Made by a program: the position numbers and the translations under genes. Source: Planctomycetota bacterium (GTDB lineage: Bacteria > Planctomycetota > J058). From it: 64,000 nt of DNA. The notes under the pieces were generated by a model, which was not told where the DNA came from, searched no databases, and was given only the letters and a program-made list of their open reading frames with translations. The stretch spans positions 82,972 through 146,971 of the forward strand of contig JAMLIC010000006.1 in assembly GCA_023954375.1 (NCBI GenBank). Direction: 5' to 3'. Shown here piece by piece: positions 58,877-64,000 of the stretch (positions are counted from its first letter, which is position 1; each line of letters opens with the position of its first letter).

Positions 58877-59131
58877 CCTGGGTCGGGCTGGGCACGGGTC
58901 CTCCGGGGGACCCTCCTCGCAAGCCGGGGGCCGGGCGAGCGGCGCGCAGGTGCAAGCGGCGCGTCGCACGGGCGTGACCGGGTCACGCGCGCGTGACTCT
59001 CGAGGGGCCTCACCACGGCGGACACGGAGGAGCGCCCAGGGGTGTTCGTCCGTGCCCTCCGTGCCCCCCGTGGTGATCCTGGTCGGGCTTCAACGTCGAT
59101 TCTGGCGGGAGCCAGGGTCGGCGTTGCAGCC

Positions 59132-59350
59132 TGTCCTCGAAGCCCTTCCTCGCAGACGGCCGAGCCGCCTCCGAGCACACCTCACCGCGCCTTCGCAGCA
59201 GGAGCGTCAGGCGAGCCACCCCACGCGGCGCTGCCGCGGCCAAAGCCGCGATCACACCAGGGCCTGTCCTCGAACCCGTCTTCGCAGACGGCCGAGCCGC
59301 CTCCGAGCACACCTCACCGCGCTTCCGCAGCAGGAGCCTCAGGCGAGGCC
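59132..59350. repeat. Two direct copies of an ~86-nt unit (59132-59217, 59265-59350; period 133 nt)
   Basis: Unit is tgtcctcgaa(g/c)cc..tcgcagacggccgagccgcctccgagcacacctcaccgcgc(c)ttc(c)gcagcaggagc(g/c)tcaggcgag, about 93% identical between copies. The spacer carries gccgcgatcacac, which also occurs at 59474 at the 3' end of the RidA-domain gene. Confidence 0.7.
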
Positions 59351-59387
59351 GAGGAGGGCGAGGCGATGCGGCGCGAAGGCGAGGGAC

Positions 59388-59445
59388 GGGGCCCCCGGCC
59401 CCCCCCCCCCCCCCGGGGGGGGGGGGCCCCCCCCCGCCGCCCCCG
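59388..59445. repeat. Extreme homopolymer palindrome C16-G12-C9
   Basis: ggggcccccggCCCCCCCCCCCCCCCCGGGGGGGGGGGGCCCCCCCCCgccgccccc lies about 40 nt downstream of the stop of the minus-strand AmnA-RidA gene. Confidence 0.8.
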
Positions 59446-59485
59446 ACGCACCGCAGCGCCCCGCCATCCTCGGCCGCAGCCGCGA

Positions 59486-60901
59486 TCACACTAGCGCGAT
59501 CACCTTCAGCTCCACCGCGATCGGCGTGGGCAGGGCCGAGATCGCCAGCGTCGTGCGCGTCGCGCCGACCGGGGCGAAGTACTCCTTGTAGACCGCGTTG
59601 TAGGCGGCGAAGTCGCGGTCCATGTCGATCAGGAAGGCGGTCACGTCGATGACCTTGTCGAGCGACGAGCCTGCCGCCTCGAGGATCGCCTTCACGTTCT
59701 CGATCGTGGCCCGGGTCTGCGCCGCGGCGTCGTAGGCCTGCGGCCGCCCCTGCGCGTCGCGCACCGGCCCGCCGGGGATCGCGTTCGTCCCCGGCTGACG
59801 GGGGCCCACGCCCGAGAGGTAGAGGAGGTCGCCCACGCGGCGCGCGTGCGGGTAGGCGCCGACCGGCGCGGGCGCGCCGCTGGCCATGACGACCTCGCCC
59901 CCCGGCGCGGACGAGGGCGCGGACGCCGGCGCGGCCGCAGGCGCGCCACCGGCGCGCGGCGCGGGGTCCGCCGGGGCGGGCGCGCCGGGGGCCACGCCCG
60001 CCGAGAGGACGTTGCGGTCGCCCCGGAAGACCTCGACGTCCTCCTCGTCGAACTCCTTGCTCGCCGCCGGCCGCGTGCTCGGGGCCAGGCCGACGAGCGC
60101 GGCGCCGGTGCCCCACACAGGCTGGTACTCGAACACCGTCCCCTCGTAGTCGTTGTGCTGGCCGAGGAACGACGCCAGCCACCAGACCGCCTTGAGCTTG
60201 CTGTCGGCGTTGGCCTGGGCGCTGAACTCGCGCGCGAGCTGAGCCACGTCCTCGAGGCGCCCCTCGGCCAGGAGCTCCAGGAGCTTCCGGTTCCACTCGT
60301 CGTCCTTGAGCGAGGAGATCCGGTCCTCGCGCGGGTCGATCTCGTGGGTGAACAGGCGGTTCGAGAGCGCCGTCACGGCGACGGCCACCGCGCGCCGCCC
60401 GCCCCGCTCGACCGCGTCGCGGGCGGCCTTGCCGAGGACGAGCGTCTCGGCGCGGTCCGCGTACATGTTGCACGAGACGATCGTCGCCGGCAGCCGGTTG
60501 TCCGGGTTCAGGAGCTTCAGCGCCACGATCGAGCCGGTGTCGATCGGGAAGCCCTTGTAGGCGACCGTGCGCGCGTGGAGCCCGCGGGCGCGGGCGCAGG
60601 CCTCGTACTCCTTCGCGAAGCCGGCGTCGATCCGGAACCGGTAGGGCAGGTCGCCGAGGTCGTGCCACTCCGGGTCGACGTGCACCCACTCGGGCTCGGG
60701 GTCGGCCTGGAGCTGATGACCGATCACGCTCGGCCACTGCGTGCTGTAGAGCACGAGCAGGTCGGCGTCCGTCGCCTCGAGCTCGGCGCGCACCCGGTCG
60801 TAGCCGGCGCGCAGCTTCTGCCAGGCGGGCGAGCGCTCGGGCGCCAGGAGCGGGTGCGGCATGCCCGCGACGATGTAGCCGCGCACGACCTTGCCGCTCA
60901 C
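59486..60901 (-). CDS. amnA: 2-aminophenol 1,6-dioxygenase alpha-subunit-like protein (LigB family) fused in frame to a C-terminal RidA/YjgF-family domain (putative 2-aminomuconate deaminase)
   Basis: GTG start overlaps the AmnB stop (GTGA). The AmnA-like region carries LVLYSTQW, GFPIDTGS, EIDPREDRI and DDEWNRKLLEL. An Ala/Pro linker (GAPAPADPAPRAGGAPAAAPASAPSSAPGG) follows. A complete RidA domain comes next (MASGAPAPVGAYPHARRVGDLLYLSGVGP...TRTTLAISALPTPIAVELKVIA). There is no stop between the domains. The RidA part has its own internal ATG at 59887. Confidence 0.75.
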   Translation of the reverse strand: MSGKVVRGYIVAGMPHPLLAPERSPAWQKLRAGYDRVRAELEATDADLLVLYSTQWPSVIGHQLQADPEPEWVHVDPEWHDLGDLPYRFRIDAGFAKEYEACARARGLHARTVAYKGFPIDTGSIVALKLLNPDNRLPATIVSCNMYADRAETLVLGKAARDAVERGGRRAVAVAVTALSNRLFTHEIDPREDRISSLKDDEWNRKLLELLAEGRLEDVAQLAREFSAQANADSKLKAVWWLASFLGQHNDYEGTVFEYQPVWGTGAALVGLAPSTRPAASKEFDEEDVEVFRGDRNVLSAGVAPGAPAPADPAPRAGGAPAAAPASAPSSAPGGEVVMASGAPAPVGAYPHARRVGDLLYLSGVGPRQPGTNAIPGGPVRDAQGRPQAYDAAAQTRATIENVKAILEAAGSSLDKVIDVTAFLIDMDRDFAAYNAVYKEYFAPVGATRTTLAISALPTPIAVELKVIALV

Positions 60902-61818
60902 GCCCGCCTCCCCGCGGCGCCGGCCCCGACCTTGGCGGAGCCCGGGTCCCACTCGACGACCGCGTTGCCCGTGCCGATGACGCTGCCGTAGGCGTGGACC
61001 TCGGCCGGGTACTCCGGGAAGTCGAGCGCCGCCATGAGCCACGTCAGGCTGCCCGCCTTGGCCTCGCTGACGGCCTGCTCGATGAAGTCGGGCAGCTCGT
61101 CCACGAGCTGCCGCGTCTTGCCCTTGCGCATGAGGTCCAGCACGCGCATGTCCCAGAGGTACTGGCCGTGGTGGTAGACGTGCTCGTGCGTCATGTCCTC
61201 GGGGACCGCGGGCTCCTCCGTGAAGTGGCGGTGGCTGAGCGAGTTGCTCGCCAGGAGCACGGCGCGCTTGCCGCTCCGCTCGACGGCGCGGCGCGTGGCC
61301 TGGCCCAGCGCGATCATCTCCGCCTGGCCGACCTCGTCGCTGTAGTAGAAGAACGCGCCGTTCGAGCTGATCCCGACGATCGGCTTGTCCCAGGCCGGGT
61401 TGGTCAGGTGGCAGGAGATGATCGTCCCGTAGTCGACGCGGAAGTTCGGGTTCCGCATCATCTTCGTCACGAGGCCGGCCGCCTTCGCCTCGTCGTGGAT
61501 CGCCTCGGCCAGACCCACGTCGACGTCGAGCGTGTAGTGGAACCGGAACAGGTTCGGGAAGATCGGGTCGACCGACAGGCTCTCGAAGTGCGGCACGCCG
61601 AGGAAGTGGTGGCCGACGTGCGTGCGCCAGTGCGGCGAGTGGACGATCAGGACGTCGTGGTCCTTCTTCGCCAGGTTGCGCCGCAGCCGCTCGTAGCCCC
61701 AGCGCAGCTCCTCCCAGCCGCACTCGGCGCGCGGCTCGTTCTGCGGCGGGTTCTCCGCGTAGACGAGGTGCGGGGGGTGCGGCGCCAGGGCGCCCAGGAC
61801 GATCTCACCGCGGGCCAT
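60898..61818 (-). CDS. amnB: 2-aminophenol 1,6-dioxygenase beta subunit (LigB-type extradiol dioxygenase, catalytic)
   Basis: MARGEIVLGALAPHPPHLVYAENPPQNEP...LIVHSPHW...HHFLGVP...VDPIFPNLFR...GLVTKMMRNPNFRVDYGTI is nearly collinear with AmnB. Confidence 0.85.
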   Translation of the reverse strand: MARGEIVLGALAPHPPHLVYAENPPQNEPRAECGWEELRWGYERLRRNLAKKDHDVLIVHSPHWRTHVGHHFLGVPHFESLSVDPIFPNLFRFHYTLDVDVGLAEAIHDEAKAAGLVTKMMRNPNFRVDYGTIISCHLTNPAWDKPIVGISSNGAFFYYSDEVGQAEMIALGQATRRAVERSGKRAVLLASNSLSHRHFTEEPAVPEDMTHEHVYHHGQYLWDMRVLDLMRKGKTRQLVDELPDFIEQAVSEAKAGSLTWLMAALDFPEYPAEVHAYGSVIGTGNAVVEWDPGSAKVGAGAAGRRA

Positions 61819-61833
61819 CGGACCCTCCTCCGC

Positions 61834-63288
61834 TCACAGCTTCACGCACACGTTGCGCGCCTCGCTGAAGAACTCGAGCGAGTAGGCCCCGCCCTCGCGG
61901 CCGACGCCGCTGTCCTTCACGCCGCCGAACGGCGTGCGCAGGTCGCGCAGGAGCCAGGTGTTCACCCACACCATCCCCGTGTCCAGCGCGGCCGAGACGC
62001 GATGCGCGCGGGACAGGTCGCGCGTCCAAACCGAGGCCGAGAGGCCGTAGCGGACGCCGTTGGCCAGGGCCAGCGCCTCGGCCTCCGTGTCGAACGGGTG
62101 CACGGTGACGACCGGCCCGAAGATCTCCTCGGTCGCCGTGCGGCAGGTCGCCGGCAGGCCGGCGACGACCGCCGGCCCGAGGAACGCGCCCCGGTCGAGC
62201 GGCGCCGGCAACGCCGGCCGCTCGCCGCCGCAGAGCACGCGGCCGCCCTCCTCGCGCGCCAGCCGCAGGTAGCCCTCGACCTTGTCGCGATGCGCGAGCG
62301 AGATCAGGGCGCCCAGGTCGGTCGCGGGGTCCCTCGGGTCGCCGAGGCGCAGGGCCTTCACGCGGGCGACGAAGGCCTCGAGGAAGCGGTCGTGCACGCT
62401 CCGCTCGACGAGCAGGCGCGAGCCGCAGAGGCACACCTGGCCCTGGTTGGTGAAGCCGGCGCGGACGGCGCCCTCGACGGCCTGGTCGAGGTCGGCGTCG
62501 GCGAAGACGAGCGTCGGGTTCTTGCCGCCGAGCTCGAGCGAGAGCTTCTTGAACACGGGCGCGGCCGTCGCGGCGACCCGCGCGCCCGTGGCCGTGCCGC
62601 CCGTGAACGAGATCGCCGACACGCCCGGGTGCTCGACGAGCGCCTGGCCCGCCTCGGGGCCGAGCCCGTGGACGAGGTTGAACGCGCCCGGCGGGAGGCC
62701 CACCTCGGCCGTGATCTCCGCCAGCGCCGAGGCGGTCAGCGGGGTCAGCTCGCTCGGCTTGGCCACGACGGCGTTGCCCATGCCGAGGGCCGGGGCGACC
62801 TTCCAGCTCAGCAGGTAGAGCGGCAGGTTCCAGGGGGAGATCAGCCCGACGACGCCCAGCGGGCGCCGCAGCGTGTAGTTCAGCGCCGGCCCGGGCGGGC
62901 CGTCGGTCAGGTGGCAGTCGGTCCGGTCGTGGCGGATCGCGCCGGCGAAGAACCTGAAGTTGGCGACCGCGCGCGGGATGTCGATCGTCGCCGCCAGCCG
63001 CAGCGGCTTGCCCGTGTCGAGGCTCTCCAGGGCGGCGAGGTCATCCAGCCTCGCCTCGATCCGGTCGGCGATCGCGTCGAGCAGGCGCGCGCGCTCCTCG
63101 GTCGACGTCCTGCCCCAGGCGCCGTCGAGCGCGGCCCGCGCCGCCTCGACCGCGTCGGCCACGTCGGCCGCGCCGCCGCGCGGGACCCGGGCCACGACCT
63201 CGCCCGTGGCCGGGGCCACGTCGTCCATGTGCTCTCCCGAGCGCGGCGGCTGCTCGCGGCCGGCGATGAACTGGCTGAGCGTCCTCAC
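61834..63288 (-). CDS. amnC: NAD+-dependent aldehyde dehydrogenase, 2-aminomuconic/2-hydroxymuconic semialdehyde dehydrogenase-like
   Basis: ALDH signatures are present: the catalytic Glu motif LELGGKNP, the catalytic Cys in FTNQGQVCLCGSRLLV, and the GxxxxG NAD site. It lies upstream in the same operon as amnB and amnA. Confidence 0.8.
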   Translation of the reverse strand: MRTLSQFIAGREQPPRSGEHMDDVAPATGEVVARVPRGGAADVADAVEAARAALDGAWGRTSTEERARLLDAIADRIEARLDDLAALESLDTGKPLRLAATIDIPRAVANFRFFAGAIRHDRTDCHLTDGPPGPALNYTLRRPLGVVGLISPWNLPLYLLSWKVAPALGMGNAVVAKPSELTPLTASALAEITAEVGLPPGAFNLVHGLGPEAGQALVEHPGVSAISFTGGTATGARVAATAAPVFKKLSLELGGKNPTLVFADADLDQAVEGAVRAGFTNQGQVCLCGSRLLVERSVHDRFLEAFVARVKALRLGDPRDPATDLGALISLAHRDKVEGYLRLAREEGGRVLCGGERPALPAPLDRGAFLGPAVVAGLPATCRTATEEIFGPVVTVHPFDTEAEALALANGVRYGLSASVWTRDLSRAHRVSAALDTGMVWVNTWLLRDLRTPFGGVKDSGVGREGGAYSLEFFSEARNVCVKL

Positions 63289-63872
63289 GTCGCGCGCCCC
63301 TCCTCCTCCGCCCGGCGGACCAGGCGGTCGTAGCCCTCGGCCGGCTCGCCCATGCTCCGCAGCAGGCGCACGACCTCGTCGCGGTCGGGGACGGCGCCGT
63401 GCTTGAGCAGCTCGACGACGTCGGCCTCGTCCTTGAGCCGGCCCACCTTGACCTTCAGGGCCACGAGGGCCGGCAGCGCCAGGACCGGCAGCTCGAGCGC
63501 CGGCCCCGCCGTCACCCGCGCGGGCCGCTTCACGTAGGGGATCGTGCAGCGCGGGAGCTTGACGAGGTCCACCTCGACCTTCGTGGTCGGATGGATGAAG
63601 CGAGCGCCCTGGACCGGCCGGAACCCCGCCCGGGCCAGCCGCGCGGCCGCCTCACGCACGGGCACGACCACCCCGATGTCCACGTCCTCCGTGAACCGCG
63701 GGTAGCCGGAGAAGAACACGGCCTGACCGCCGATCAGCGCGTGGTCGAGGCCCTGCAAGGCCTCCTCGACGCGCCGCAGCGTCTCCAGGAACTCCGCCCC
63801 GAGCGTGTCCGACATGACGAACCTCGCCAGCCGGCCGACGAGGTCCGCCTGTCTCCGCTTGCTCGCACGCAC
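63285..63872 (-). CDS. Nucleotidyltransferase-fold protein (AbiEii/DUF1814-like?)
   Basis: LIGGQAVFFSGYPRFTEDVDIGVV fits the pol-beta-type NTase motif GGxA...R.T.DxD. The stop overlaps the ALDH start (ATGA). The region upstream of it (toward the window end) is only partly visible at the window edge. Confidence 0.35.
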   Translation of the reverse strand: MRASKRRQADLVGRLARFVMSDTLGAEFLETLRRVEEALQGLDHALIGGQAVFFSGYPRFTEDVDIGVVVPVREAAARLARAGFRPVQGARFIHPTTKVEVDLVKLPRCTIPYVKRPARVTAGPALELPVLALPALVALKVKVGRLKDEADVVELLKHGAVPDRDEVVRLLRSMGEPAEGYDRLVRRAEEEGRAT

Positions 63873-64000
63873 GCCTGGAGGCTACCTCCGGGCCGTGGCC
63901 GGGCAACGGGCGGCCCCGCGACCGAACACGACCCTAACGCATACCGCCGACATCCCCGGGCTCACGGCCCGCGGGGCTCCTCGAAGTACGGGTACTCGTA

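Noticed and set aside
59132-59350. Possible CRISPR array
   Set aside because: There are only two units of ~86 nt, with a 47-nt gap that is partly a copy of the neighbouring gene end. There are no short regular repeats or spacers and no cas genes nearby.
60994-63333. 779-aa plus-strand ORF
   Set aside because: It is antisense to the amnC/amnB operon, whose minus-strand products align residue-by-residue with characterised enzymes.

Overview
Very GC-rich bacterial chromosomal segment. The gene content suggests Myxococcota: many Ser/Thr kinases with TPR tails, sigma-54 enhancer-binding proteins, zinc-ribbon membrane proteins, lipoproteins and Lnt. Most long ORFs in the six-frame track are antisense or out-of-frame artefacts of the GC bias. 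I call about 55 genes that I can support.

The window opens with signal peptidase I and a cupin/S1 mini-operon. A giant secreted LamG / di-haem cytochrome c peroxidase / DUF4214 protein follows, divergent from a GAF sigma-54 activator. Two tandem Ser/Thr kinase-TPR paralogues come next; the second is frameshifted. After lipoproteins and tRNA-Cys come HIT, a secreted hydrolase, SUI1, arginase, 2-hydroxyacid dehydrogenase, glycerate kinase, cytochrome c and a MATE transporter. A frameshifted DUF1570 protein, a ClpS-like membrane protein and NUDIX precede a second sigma-54 activator coupled to a conserved hypothetical. Lnt, a di-haem cytochrome c and MoaB follow. A 1283-aa pseudokinase-kinase sits next to an ECF sigma with a SnoaL-type extension. 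NhaA and a PPP-family phosphatase come next.

Four things stand out:
1. A four-gene translationally coupled lipid operon: a clear dihydroceramide Δ4-desaturase (DEGS) homologue, a second desaturase-family protein, a cytochrome P450 and an MMPL/RND transporter.
2. A UDP-glucose 6-dehydrogenase split by a full-length intein with a LAGLIDADG homing endonuclease inserted exactly at the catalytic cysteine, followed by UDP-xylose synthase.
3. A 2-aminophenol-type meta-cleavage operon (aldehyde dehydrogenase, AmnB, AmnA) in which the alpha subunit is fused in frame to a RidA-family deaminase.
4. Two non-coding repeat structures: a MITE-like dispersed element in three intergenic copies, and a 2x ~86-nt tandem repeat beside an extreme C16-G12-C9 homopolymer palindrome.

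I see three apparent frameshifts (STK2, the DUF1570 protein, and the desaturase/P450 junction). They may be real pseudogenes or fusions, or indel errors in GC-rich sequence.
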